Source: Paramicrosporidium saccamoebae KSL3 (taxonomy: Eukaryota; Fungi; Cryptomycota). Taken from it: DNA of 32,000 bases. The notes under the pieces were generated by a model. It worked only from the letters and a program-made list of their open reading frames with translations. It had not been told where the DNA came from and did not search any database. Location: NCBI GenBank assembly GCA_002794465.1, contig MTSL01000206.1, forward strand, positions 38,786 through 70,785, written 5' to 3'. Position numbers and translations under genes: made by a program. Each line of letters opens with the position of its first letter. Within the stretch, counting starts at the first letter, position 1. This document shows, in pieces, positions 7,844 to 20,147 of the stretch.

Positions 7844-10139
7844 TTATTTCCTACGCAACACCTCATTCTCTCTCCTCAACATTTCCAACTCTCTCCGCAT
7901 CAACTCCAGACCATCCGGCTGGGGTGATTTTATTGAATGCACCGTCCGATGCACTCCGGCTGAGGCAAAGGGACGAACACCGCGTTGGTCAATGGACATG
8001 GAACGTCGTTTCCGCGGATCCCACGGCTCGGCAGGCGAATAGGCGGAGAGGTTTGGGGGGAGGGACACTTGGGGATCCTCCACCATCGGTCGGCCCTCCC
8101 ATTCAGAGAAGCCATTGTAATGGATCGTTGGGTGGTATGAGGCAGATCCATACAAACTGTCGTTTCGACGGGTGGAATTGCGCAGCTCCAAAAGTTGCTG
8201 ACGGATCAGCTCGTTCAGCAGTAAAAGTTGATCAAACTGAGACGGATGGACAAAAATCGGTGCTGACTGGCTAAAGTCCCGTCCATAGGGAACCGAAGTG
8301 GAGGGCGTCTCTCCATTCCCATTCACCTCTTCGTAAAGAGGGTAGGCGGGTCCACGTGGATAAGGAGCGGGCAGACTATCGACGCTCTCATGAACCATCC
8401 GAGCTGGCTGAGGTTGAGAGACATGGAATCGACTGGGTGCTCCATTTCCGACTTCATCAGGGGGGATGGAAGGAATCTCTACCTTGAACCGACTCCTCCT
8501 CCCATCCTCCAATTCGCCCTCAATGATGCTCCCCACTAGAGGGAGTTGAGTATCCATAGGAGATGTTGGATTGTCCCGGGCTGATTCGAGGACGCTGAAT
8601 CTTCCCTTCCGTACTCCACCTGCATCTTCGCCTTCCATACCATCTACCAGATCCAGGGGAGTCACTAAGCCCTTTTCTTCAGTGGGGGAGGATCTGGTGC
8701 TGGGGTCGCCAGATGGTGGCTCCGCCTCCACCACAAACCGACTACACCGTTTGTCGCCAATGGTCCGCACAGTGCCTTCATCGGTCGCCTCGGGACTATT
8801 GGGCGCAGTGGATGGCTCAGTGCCTACTCCGCCCCCTCCCACCTCAGTCTCTGCCTCGGACTCGGAAAAGTCCCATTCTTGTCCCGTCATCTCGCTAGTC
8901 TCAGTGGTTGCATTATCTGCCAATTGTTTCACCAGTTTGGTCACTCGTGGACGCTGTTCCAGAGGAGGGATCACTGCCAAGATTGTACTTGCCAAATGAC
9001 TCTTCTTTTTGGCTGCTTTAAAGAAGGGATGTTTCAGCAACATCTCAGCTGTGGGTCTATAGACATTGTTAGAATGGTTTAAAGAATACCGTTTGGTGGG
9101 ATCCCTTTGCAGACATTGGTCAATCATTTCCTTAAATGTCCGACTGTATTTGTTCTTGGACCGTTTCCGATCCAAACTTGGAGGTGCGCTGCTCAATGTC
9201 AAATAAATCACCTTCATGGGCGGATATTTGGAGAATGGCGCGTGGCCATAGGCCAGCTCGAGGGCAGTGATACCAAAGGACCAAATGTCCGCTTTAGTGT
9301 CATAGCCCCGTGTCATCTCCATCACCTCTGGCGCCATCCAACACGGCGTCCCCACAAAAGTCTTTCTCAACCCACGTCGCTCCAAATCCTCCATCAGCGA
9401 GGAGCTCACACCAAAGTCGGCCAGTTGCACCGTTCCGTCAACATCCATTAGTAAATTTCCCGCCTTGACGTCGCGATGAATGTGACTATCCCGATGGAGG
9501 TAATCCAAGCCCTGCAGGGCCTGCAGAAGAATGGTCGCAATGGATGCCTCGTCCAGGCCGTCCCGGAAGCCCGTCTTCATAATGTCCAAACACGATCCGC
9601 CACGTAGGAATGGCGTCACTATCCACAGCTTTGATTCGTGCACAAAGGAAGCCAAGATCCGCAATAGATTCGCATGTTTACACAAGGTCATGACCTGGAT
9701 TTCCTTGCGAAGCTCGTCAATTTGATTCCGCTCAAAGTGATCCAAGTCGATCATTTTTACGGCCACGGTCATGTTGAGCGGCACATAGGTCGTGTGGTAA
9801 ACAATTGCAGAGGAGCCAAAGCCTAAAATTTAATATTGCATCGGCACAAATACCTATGGCCGGTCCGATAGTGTAATCTTCGGGGCTCATGGAAAAGGGC
9901 ATCTCCTCGCCGGTATAAATGGTGGGAGTGCCAACTGAATCTACGGACGAGGCCAGCGAAGCTAGAGCCGACCGGTTTATCCGCACCTCCTCGTTGCTCT
10001 GCATGACCGGTGGTGGTGGAGTGGCTTCGGGCCTCGTCACCAATCCACCCTGCTTGTCCATCATCATTTCATTCGACAGAATGGACCGCAATGGCTCCTG
10101 GGGACGCTCCTCGTCGTCTTTTGCAGCAAGCTCGTCCAT
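7844..10139 (-). CDS. STE20-family Ser/Thr kinase, FRAY/OSR1-SPAK-like
   Basis: Exons 10139-9854, 9822-9090, 9056-7844 (introns 31 and 33 nt). Spliced GFGSSAIV, HRDVKAGN, DFG, RKTFVGTPCWMAPEVM. Long disordered tail ending in a coiled coil. Confidence 0.93.
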
Positions 10140-10226
10140 GCTGCAATTCGCTTGTTTCGTCTTCCAAAGGGTTCTGATTGGTGGGGTCTTAACCGCCGCA
10201 TGAACACTACCAAGTCACAGCACAAT

Positions 10227-12156
10227 TTATACAATGTGAGTATTAGGTTTCTCGTTTAGCAGGGCCGTCTTGAGCGAGGGAGAGGCTGCGAGTATGGCCT
10301 CCGGAACCTTGGTCACGGGCAGGACGTGCATCTCGTAGTACGCAGTGTCTGACGCACCCAAACAAAACTCTGTACAATTCAGTAGTGTTCCTCTATCGAA
10401 CGGATTCTTCAGCTTTGTCCCATGGCTGCACTTGGGTCCATGTTCATGGTCCTCAGCGGGGACGGTCGTGTCTGGATTGAAATACTCCAGACGATACCAG
10501 TTGGACACTTCATTGGTAGTCTGATTCTTGGCAATCTGCCATGTCTGGACAACGAGCAGGAAACCCACCCATAGAATAAAAGTGCACTTTTCCACCATAC
10601 AGACAAAAACAAAGGGGGCGAGGATGGCCTGACGACACAGTCTATTGCTCATAATGCAAAAGCTGCCCGCCGTCACATCTGCAATGGGCAAAGTCTGCAA
10701 ATCTACAAAAATGAGCATCCCCAAAATTGGTACAAAGATAAGCGAGAATGACAAAGACAATCAACGAGGGGACAACTGAATAGACGTAAAAGATAAAGTA
10801 ACGATGATTTCCCACTCCCACACAGCTGTTCGTCCATGGACAATGGTGATCAAACTTTGCCACACAGAAATCACACACTCGACAATGCTTTGACCGTAGC
10901 GGCTTCTTTATCCGACATGTCACACAATACTTTCTCCGATTCAGCTCCGACTCGCCCACCAACTCCAATATGAGTTGATGTCGGTCAGCGATGGTGAGGG
11001 GGGGCCGAAGAATGCCCGGATCAGTCTGATTGACCCGACGCAGAAAATATACAGAAGATAGGACAGTGGCAGTCCAAAAAAGATGGAGGAGATAGTGGGA
11101 AGGTGTGGCGGGATAGAGGACAAAGATATCCAGAAGGAAGAGGGGTGGGATCATGACGGCCTGGTAGGCAAACACCATGCCAGTTTCAGTGGGATTGATG
11201 GAGGGGAAGAAGAGTGTACGGATGTACTTGTCATAGACCATGAATATCGCAATCACAATTCCCAAGGCCAACACCCAGGGCGACACAGTCCACAGAACCA
11301 ACGAATACAGCGGATACACAATACAGGGTACAATCTTGCCCATAATAAACTTGGCCCGTCCTCGGGCGGGACGCCAATAGTTTATGTTGAGGGGGGCGAG
11401 ATCTTTCAGCAGATTCTTGCGCCCAAACTCAATAAGGAGAATGGAGAACCATTTGTAATGGTCCTTTTGTTTGGCCCAATCGGCTGCCGTCTTTCCTTCT
11501 GCGTCTTTGACGGACGGATCGGCACGATATTTGAAGAGCAATCGAATAATTTCATAATGGCCTTTGATGACGGCCCAATGGAGCACAGTGGTACCGCCAT
11601 TGTCCATAGAATCGGGATTGGCTCCGTCCTGTAACAGGACTTGCACAGTCTCCACATGACCCCGGAACGTGGCCCATAAGAGGGCAGTACGTCCAAATCC
11701 GTCCCGCTCCTCCACATCCACTCCCAAAGCCAACAAATAAAGCACTGCCAATGTCTGTCCATGTTGTGCCGCCAAATGCAGCGCGGTGTATCCCGGTTGG
11801 TCCCGTAGTGCCAAATCTGCTCCAAACGTCACGAGGGTCGACATGGCGTCAATGTGTCCTTTGGTGGTCGCCCAATGGAGGGCCGTTGACCATTGTTCAC
11901 CTCCCAATGAATTAACTACTGCGCCCTTTTCGAGGAGATAGCGCAGGATAGATGTGCGATCATTCAGCGCGGCCCAATGGAGCGGCGGGATTTGATCATT
12001 CGGACTTGGCGCGTGTACCAAGTCTGGCTGTTCTGTCACCAGAACCTGCACCCTAAAGAGGTCTCCCACCTGGGAAGCCGTCCAGATGTTCATCTTGTCC
12101 TCTTGAGGCTCCACAGGTGCCACTGTCGGAGGCTCGCAAACAGGTGCCGTGACCAT
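10227..12156 (-). CDS. AKR1: Ankyrin-repeat DHHC palmitoyltransferase
   Basis: Exons 12156-10734 and 10702-10227 (31-nt intron). N-terminal ankyrin repeats, CxxC...[23 protein letters not shown] and NPFDRG motifs. Confidence 0.95.
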
Positions 12157-12412
12157 AAACAACTTTAAGATTTTTGTTTAATCTTTTGACCCGAATTTGA
12201 ACTGGTAATTTGCCAATGAGCCATAAACTGTGAGGTGTAGAATATGGGTGGGGTGGGGTGGAATTGCTCATTGAGTAGAGCTTCTCTTACAGATAATTCT
12301 GTTTAACCGACTGCTTAGCTGGTTGTTTAGCCAACGGTCAAATTGTCTATACAACGTCTCCGCCCCGTATAATACGTCCTTTTACAATATTACAGGATAA
12401 AATGCCTCTATT

Positions 12413-13614
12413 TTACAGATGAAAAGGTAGAAAAGATTCGGTTCGCTCATCTAACGTGGCACTCAGATTGAATGAAGACTGTCCCCTATTCAAGGTATAA
12501 ACACGGTCAACCAATGCTTCGGCAGCTGTGGGGAGCACCATGCCGGTTCCAGTAATTTGATAATCACCTCCATGGATAGGCCCAACGACACTCAAATCCG
12601 TTCTGCTGAGGGTTCCGTGGAGAAATGGACTCGGAGCCACTAATTCAGGCATTACAACAAACGACTTTCCATCACGTTGATTGAGCAGGAAATCAACCAA
12701 ACCATGGACAGACATTTCTTCCGAAATGGTCAGCGTAGTGGAGGCAACAGAAACCCGTTTGGAATTTGTCTTTCGGACCCGGTTGATCCGTCTATTAATG
12801 GCCTCTTTGATGAGTTGAGGATCGACGTTTTCTTGGCCAGAACCGTGATCCGAATCGTGATCAGAGCCATGATCAGAATTCTTAATCTCCTCAACCCGTT
12901 CTAGAAAGGACTCTCCGTCATCGTCTAGTTGTTTAAATTCAAGACCTTCTCCTTTCAACAACTCTATCAGTGATTTGGTCGCTTTGGAGATGAATGCTTT
13001 CATCTTGCCCCCATCATTGCGAAAGAGTACAACAAGATCTGACTGCAGATAATAGAAATAGGGGATGGTTCCCGTCTTGAGGCCATTATAGAGCGACAAC
13101 AATGCCTTCCTCCAACTGTCCACCATGGATTTAAAGAATTGACGTTCCAGTGAGTCGCTTTTCTTAGCCAGGATATTGCATAGACGTCGGGGATCAGGTA
13201 GTGCGGGAAATGGGAAACGGTAGAAATCAAACAGATTGGTCAGCTCCGCAGGACAGTCCGACTTGCCGAGCTGTGTCTTCCACGGGGCAATAGATGCGTC
13301 AGTGGTGATGGTGAGCTTCTCAGAGAGGGTCCAAGACACTTTTGGTCGCGCCACAGTTAGGATGGGCGTCTTGGGCTTTACAATTTCGTTGGTAGTGATG
13401 TGACCGAACGGCTTCCTCTCATTTGGGAGGGATACTTTTGGTGGTGCAACATTGATACATCCAGTGTTGTGTTCTTCTCTGACGAGTGCATCTCTACTCT
13501 GCTTGGTACGCTTGCTTTTGAGCAATTTCTACACAATCAATCGCCATGACTGGATACCTTTAGCTCAGAGGGAAGGAGCGGCCGCTTCGGTCCATCATCT
13601 GCATCGCCAAGCAT
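12413..13614 (-). CDS. DONSON: DONSON (downstream neighbor of SON)/humpty dumpty family replication protein
   Basis: Exons 13614-13558 and 13528-12413 (29-nt intron). Segment WRKALLSLYNGLKTGTIPYFY...VLFR...AFISKATKSLIELLKGEGLEF matches the DONSON core as I recall it (W..S..SLYNLLKT..CPYFY...VLFR...EGIEF). Confidence 0.8.
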
Positions 13615-13636
13615 CGGTCAAATGCGCGCGCACAAT

Positions 13637-13672
13637 TTTTCGCGCCTGAATCGGAATAATTGATTCCCCGCC
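13637..13672. promoter_or_regulatory. E2F-like sites upstream of DONSON
   Basis: TTTTCGCGCC 13637-13646 and TTCCCCGCC 13664-13672, 23-58 nt upstream of the ATG. Confidence 0.35.
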
Positions 13673-14243
13673 ATGACAACGGCTAATTATTTTCGTTTTG
13701 CCAGGTTGGCTGGAGTGGGATTTGTTAATGTAAGGGTGGGGCTTGTTAAGGATATAAGGAATGAGGTTTGTTGAGAATGTAAGAAATGAGGCTGTTAAGC
13801 AGCATCCACTTACTATTAATGAGTCCGACCCAGATAGCGGTCTCACAGTCCAATCTGATTCTATTAAGAATGGCCACCTATAAAAAGCCCATATGCTTTA
13901 ATAAAAGATAGTTTCACCCATCAACAGAGCAGAGGCTTGTTGAGAATGTGAGGGATTTGACTGCATATTGATAATATACAAATTTCCTTTCGTCAAAAAC
14001 CGTGCTGCAATGCAAGAAAACGATGATATTACACCCTTTATTACCTTATATTATCACCTTGTCGCGTAGTGGGGATAATACCACGGACTTTGTCAGGCGG
14101 AAAGAGACGAGAAGAGAAGACAAGAGAAGAGAAGGGAATCTATTCAGTTAATCCAACGACCCATTTATAGTCTCACAAATAACATTATCCTTCATCGATT
14201 GTTCTGATTATCCCTTCTTTATTGAGGATCTCGACACACATGC

Positions 14244-15230
14244 TTATTCACCAGGAGCGTGGCAGAACAAATAGGATACGGATTCACCGTTGTGTGTACG
14301 ACGGATGGCCTCGGCGAGGATCCCAGACACATCAAGGACGGTAATCTTTTCGCATGCCCGCGCCTCATCAGAGAGGGGAACAGTATTGGTTACTACCAGT
14401 CTGGTCAGGGGCGATGCTTCAATGCGCTGCACTGCATCACCCGAGAGAATCGGATGTATCACCATGGCATAGACTTCCTTAGCGCCATGTTCCTTTAACG
14501 ACTGTGCAGCCAACACCAAAGTGCCACACGTATCAGCCATATCGTCAACAATGATTGCTATACGATCCTTCACATCTCCCACCAACACCATCCGAAAGAC
14601 TTGATTGGCGCGCTTCCGTTCCTTGTGAATGATTGCAAAGTCCAAATCAAGTCGATCAGCCATTCCTGCGCAGCGCTTCACCCCTCCCGCATCTGGCGAC
14701 ACTAGGATGGCTTCCCGATAGTTGGGAATGCTGGTGACAATGTAATTTAGCAGCACCGGCTCAGCACACAGATTGTCCACGGGGACGTCAAAGAAGCCTT
14801 GGATTTGAGATGCATGTAGATCCATTGTAATCACATGATCTGCACCCGCCACAGTGAGTAGATTTGCCACCAGCTTGGCAGTAATAGGCGCTCTACTGCG
14901 GTCCTTTTTATCCTGGCGGGCATACGGATAGCAAGGCACTACTGCAGTGATACGACGGGCCGAGGCGACACGACAAGCCGAGGCCAACTGGCACAGCTCT
15001 ATGATATGGTCGTTGAGCCCACCAGCCGTACGACTGCTGCCTGTTTGAACAAGAAACACGTCTTGGTCTCGCACCGACTCGCATACAGTCAGAGTGCTCT
15101 CTCCATTGGCCTGACGCACAAGGAGCATCGGGGAAATGGCCATGTTTAATCGATTGGCTATCGATTCGGTGAGCCCGTAATGTGAATTCCCACTCAGCAG
15201 TTTGATGCAGTTTGGTCTCTGTGCGCTCAT
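14244..15230 (-). CDS. PRS: Ribose-phosphate pyrophosphokinase
   Basis: Intronless, 328 aa. [40 protein letters not shown]. Confidence 0.97.
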   Translation of the reverse strand: MSAQRPNCIKLLSGNSHYGLTESIANRLNMAISPMLLVRQANGESTLTVCESVRDQDVFLVQTGSSRTAGGLNDHIIELCQLASACRVASARRITAVVPCYPYARQDKKDRSRAPITAKLVANLLTVAGADHVITMDLHASQIQGFFDVPVDNLCAEPVLLNYIVTSIPNYREAILVSPDAGGVKRCAGMADRLDLDFAIIHKERKRANQVFRMVLVGDVKDRIAIIVDDMADTCGTLVLAAQSLKEHGAKEVYAMVIHPILSGDAVQRIEASPLTRLVVTNTVPLSDEARACEKITVLDVSGILAEAIRRTHNGESVSYLFCHAPGE

Positions 15231-15400
15231 ATCCGGACGAAGAGTTAATAAATAATGCGGTTTATTAGACTAATCGCAAGAATGGATATTGTGAGTGGTC
15301 ATGTTTAGTCGATTAGCTCGTAGTGTAAATTCTCATTAAACAGCTTAGTCGGGACATTTATCTCTAGACAAAGAATTAACCAGTAATGCGGTTTATTCTA

Positions 15401-16049
15401 TTAATCGCGAGAGCGAGCCCCATAGGTGGCCAATCTGTCGGCACGCTCATTCCCAGGCTCGCCAGAGTGTCCTTTAACATGCTTCTACAAGAGTTAATAC
15501 GACCAAATAAAATACATAGGTGACGGGATGCCTTCGGTTTCGTGTTTCATGAACAATTTCCTTTACCAAATCGAGATTCTTCTTGTCCACATTCCAATCC
15601 TGGCGCTCCCATTCACGACTCCAATCTGTTGCGCATCCGATTCCGTAACGACTGTCTGTCCTGATCTCTACTGGTGCCTCCACGTCTCGCGTTGCCCTGA
15701 GTCCTTCGAGGATTGCGGTCAGCTCTGCACGTTGGTTAGTCTGCGGCTCACTGTTTGACAATGCTCCCGAACGATCCAAATCGGGACGGGAAGGACAATG
15801 CACTCCATATCCCGCCTGGGCGCCCCTCTGGCCGTTCCCCGTGCACGCTCCGTCTGTATAAACCACAAAGTTCTCGCTTTGACTTTCAGATGGCTGCACG
15901 GATGACTGTCTGACAAACGCCTCTGCTTCCTGGCGAGTTGAGAACTTTGCATGTCTGGCACGGGGGTAGCCGTTGACATTTTCCCGACACTCGTCCCAAG
16001 TGGAATAGACACCTGGATTTCTTCCCGACTGTACTGCGTAATACGGCAT
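15401..16049 (-). CDS. RNH1: Ribonuclease H1 with N-terminal hybrid-binding domain
   Basis: Exons 16049-15516 and 15484-15401 (31-nt intron). YYAVQSGRNPGVYSTWDEC, VYTDGAC, TNQRAEL, TDSRY, spliced KHVKGHSGEPGNERADRLA. Confidence 0.95.
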
Positions 16050-16212
16050 TATTTGGACTATCCTGAGGGCAGAGTATTGCAAAGTGTGGCGGTAATAACC
16101 TGCCAGTCTATCAAATATTAATCCGTTTACCCATTATGGAAATATATAAGCGACCAATGTGAGTAACGTACAAATACACCATTTTTACCGAATGTGAGAA
16201 TTTATTACAATA

Positions 16213-19200
16213 TCAGCTTGTGTAACGAGAAGAACGCCGAAGATGCAATGACGTTGGGGTTTCGGTCACGCTTCTGGGACTATGCCGTCGACCACCAGTC
16301 CTTACTCTTGGGGTAATGACCTCCTCATCAGTGTCCAATTGAGAGTCTGAATCTTCCTCGTCCGATCGGATTCGTCGTCGTTTTGGTCTAGACTGCTCAG
16401 ATCGATGGCTGCGCTGCTCAGACCGATGACTGGACTGCTCCGGTCGATGAATAGGCAAATCGAGTCCCGCCCTCCGCCTTGCTCTGGCTTCTCTTTCCGC
16501 TGCGCCATGTCGCATCGGAGTTTCATGACTATCAGCGCGATTAGAATGATTAGCACGGTTCCCATGATTAGAACGGTCTGTAGAATCAGTTGTATTGACG
16601 TGTCGGGAGATGCGTCTTGTGCCTCGTTCAGCACGTTTGACCAGCCGGAGTATTTCAGAGAGTATATAGTCGGCATCTTGGACAATGTCACTGTCGGGGA
16701 GATTGTAGACAAAGGCATTTTCATAGATGAGCCGGGCATCCCATTCAAATGCCTCAATTCTGCGATGATAGCCATTAATAACCCGCTGATGGAGCAGAGT
16801 AAGGTCCATGGGATAGGCAACCTCTTCCAAATAGTCTGGAAATTGGTGCAAATCCACCGCCTTCTTGAAGGGAGCACCGCGGGGGTCAGCCATCAACTTT
16901 TGTAACCCCTCGTCCAACTGTCGGAGCACTTCCGAGGTAATGTACTCGGAACAACAGTATGGCTCTCGGTTGGGAGAGTCCTCTTCAAGAATCGTCTCCA
17001 ACTCCCACGGACTCAGCGGTTCAGGGTCGTCCGAGAGTGTTAGCCATTCCACAAAATAGCATTGCCAAGGCTTCTCCGGGATCCGATCAGCTGGCACTGT
17101 GACCTTTTTCACCCGTGCCTCATAAGTTTCGTTTCTTCCAAAGACCACACGCACAATCTCACCAGAAGTATAGCGTTGTACGGGTTGAACACTCCAGTGA
17201 TAACGACAGAATGGGATAATAAAGTCTGGTTGGTTGTCCATGTCGTAAAATGCAATTTGGATGCGATGTGCACTTGCCGGGATGTGAGTAGGCGGTGGGA
17301 GGGATTCACGTGCCTCCATCTTGCGTAGAATCAACAACTCTACTAGACACCACGTGGGATCGCCAGGGAAAAAGTTCATCGAAATAATCTGACCAAACAC
17401 TACGGGCGGGAGACGACCCTCAGTCTCCCATGGTAGCCCATCGTGAAATTGAACTCCCTCCTCTCGAGACAGGAATAAACGGTGTCCCTCGGGAAAGTAT
17501 GCCACAACATCATAAATTTGGGGCAAGTAAGGGAACACTTGACGATCCTTCATGGACAGCCACTTGGAGACTTGTTGAACCCGTTCGATGAGTGGACCAG
17601 TATCCTCGTCTGATTCAGTAATGACCGGACGCCTTCTAGAGGATCCTCGATGTCGTAAAGCAGGTCGATCGGGTCTGTACAATGGCTCCTCTTCTTCCTC
17701 AAACTCGGGAATTGGGCGGAGTCGGTCTGAGCGACGTCCTTGACGAGGTGACGCCTCGTGTAGTCTCCTCCGGAAATTGTACGGACCTGGACTAGGCATT
17801 TCGTGGTCGGTAGAAGTTATCCCAACTTCACCGTCCGTCTCAGAACCCGCACTTGCGAGACGATATTCTTCTTCGCCCTCCTCCGCCGGCTGTTCAGCGA
17901 CCGGAGGTATTTCATCCTCGACATCTGAGCCATGCAAAACGCGTCTTCGTCGCGATCTTGTGTGCCGAGGAACACTTCCAGGTACCGTGTCTTGAAGTTC
18001 CCGATTGTACAAGTCAATTTCAGTGTCCAGCTGTCGCTGATATAACTGCTGCTGTCTCATCAATACGCCCTCATCAATATCCACCGGAATGGTCAGTGGA
18101 TAGGACTCTTTCACAATGAGATCATAAGGGTTTCGTTCAATTGAAAAAATCTTTTCTCTAGAGGCCAGGTGGGGCGGTCTTTGCGTGATTGCGTCCAAGG
18201 CAGTGCGTTGAGAGTCGAAAATGAGCTCATTCCAATCATCGTGAAAAAATTGCGAAGAAGGAGCTTTGGAGAAGGAGTCGGGAGAGATGCCACATCCAAA
18301 AATGGACACTCGTCCTAAATCATCCACTAGAGAGAACATGGTCCCGTTCTGTGAAAACCCGCCATCCAGGAATCGGGTATTCTCCAACTGGAACTCGAAT
18401 ATGCGAGTCCCCGTGTGCATGTTCCACAGCGCAGCCCGGCCATCACATCCCGCCGACAGGACGATACGATCATCAGCAGGATTGGCAGTGAGAATGTAGA
18501 CTTCCCCACGGTGATAATGCAAAACACGGGGAGATTTCTGACGCTTCGCATCGAAAACGATCAACTCAAATCCTTGGTTGACAGCTGCAACAATCGTTTC
18601 GTCATTATTGCAAAATGTCACAATGGTGACCTTTCTCGGTCTTCCGGGCACTATCATATCCGTGCTATCTCCCAACACGGCGGTTGTGTCATACGGATCT
18701 GAAAGCCACTTTGCATCATATCTCCACTTTCTTACTGTGCCATCAGACGAACTGGTCACAAATTCTGTTCCTTTAGTGCTGAAATGCACACTGTTAATGT
18801 AGCCCTCGTGCTCTTCCAAATATTGTACATTGGGCAGGAATATTGAGGGCTGCACACCAGCCTTAATGTCTGCCACATCAGGAACACTGAACAGCCGAAC
18901 AATCCCATCAGTAGCTCCCGTGATGAAACGCAGTCCTGACGGTGAAAAGGAAGCGCAACGGATCTCATCCCGTGCAAGTGATTTGCAATGGAATTTGACT
19001 GGGATTGTACTCCAGGTACGCTGTTGGAGATTGATCGACCAAAACTTGGCATACCCATCTGAACATGTGGTCATCAAAACCAGTTCCTTGCTGGCTCCCT
19101 CCACTGGCCGAAATTCCAAGGTAAGGATGGGGGAAAAGGCATTGATGGTGAATAGATGATGTCCAATGCGCAGATCCCAGAATGTCAAATAGCCGTCAAT

Positions 19201-20040
19201 TGACCCGACAGCGAGAACAGTGTTACTGGGATCCAGACCAATGTCCGAGATGCAGTTTGAGTGAGAACGGAGGGAGTATAATAAAACGCCACTCTTGGCA
19301 CACCAAATCTTGACAATACCGTCGTCGCCGCCCTAACAATTTTAACAAAGACAAGTCGTCTACAGTAATGATCCGGTGATCGGACCGATCGAACTGCATA
19401 CAGTATGATGGAAGTCTATGGCCTGTAATCGTCTTCAACTACAACAGCATTAGACAGACCCTTAGGCGACATACATGCAAGAAGCGAGTGGCAGCGACGG
19501 CGAGCATATTATCGGCCCAGGGTGATCCAATCGACCAGGGCAGTAGGAAATTAAGAATCACACCCCGGAGCGGCAATCTCAACGGAGACCTAATTTCAGC
19601 CAGTTTGGGCTCTCCTCGCGAACGTCCGTCACCGGTAAGCTGTCCTCGGAGACGTCCTGCAAGGGACAGAAGGTCTTTGGGCTGGTGCATGGCAAGTTCG
19701 CCATCACGGGGCATCAAACTGCGAAGCAACACTTCCAAACTAGGCAACCCTTCATCAGAACAGCCAGCCATCTATGATTATTACACTGTGTAAACAACTA
19801 TGGTACGCCATGTTCAAAGGTGGTTGACAAGACGTCACCCTGCCAGTTGACGGAGGGTGGGAAGAGCTGCGCACTCTCACAGACTTTAATCAGATGGCGG
19901 GCCGCCTGGAAGTGTCCTCTTCGGTGAAGGAACTCTGCCACCAGTAAATAAATCTGTTTGGTCGCCTCGTCAACCGGAAACTCGCGCTGTGTGCCCGCCA
20001 CAAGGCCTCCCAATGGTTCTGTTACATCCTCGACAGCCAT
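16213..20040 (-). CDS. WD40-repeat plus bromodomain protein (BRWD/PHIP-like)
   Basis: Exons 20040-19807, 19771-19475, 19438-19364, 19332-16213 (introns 35, 36, 31 nt), 1241 aa. Spliced ITGHRLPSYCMQFDRSDHRIITGGDDGIVKIW; PYLPQIYDVVAYFPEGH; bromodomain DYLEEVAYPMDL...NAFVYN. Confidence 0.9.
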
Positions 20041-20147
20041 TAAGAAATAATTGGTAACAGTAAGGACAGAGGCGCTTAGTTAGTAGAGGCGACTTGGCCA
20101 ATGGTGCCCACCGGTGTCGTCCCTCCAAACCGGGGATTCCGCAGTCG

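Noticed and set aside
7420-7866. ORFs 7420-7866 and 7551-7802 rich in Y/H/I/C
   Set aside because: Their composition comes from the low-complexity repeat at 7680-7830, and they overlap the geminin-like gene antisense.
13885-14105. RNase MRP-like RNA on the minus strand (CTTTCCGCCTGACAAAGTCC with a downstream GGGCTTT able to pair)
   Set aside because: Only a 7-bp potential P4 pairing. I could not build P1-P3, and a pyrimidine tract sits where P3 should be. It needs a covariance-model search and is not supportable by eye.
15401-16049. RNase H as a retrotransposon remnant
   Set aside because: It has the cellular hybrid-binding domain and a spliceosomal intron, with no adjacent RT, integrase, gag or LTRs.
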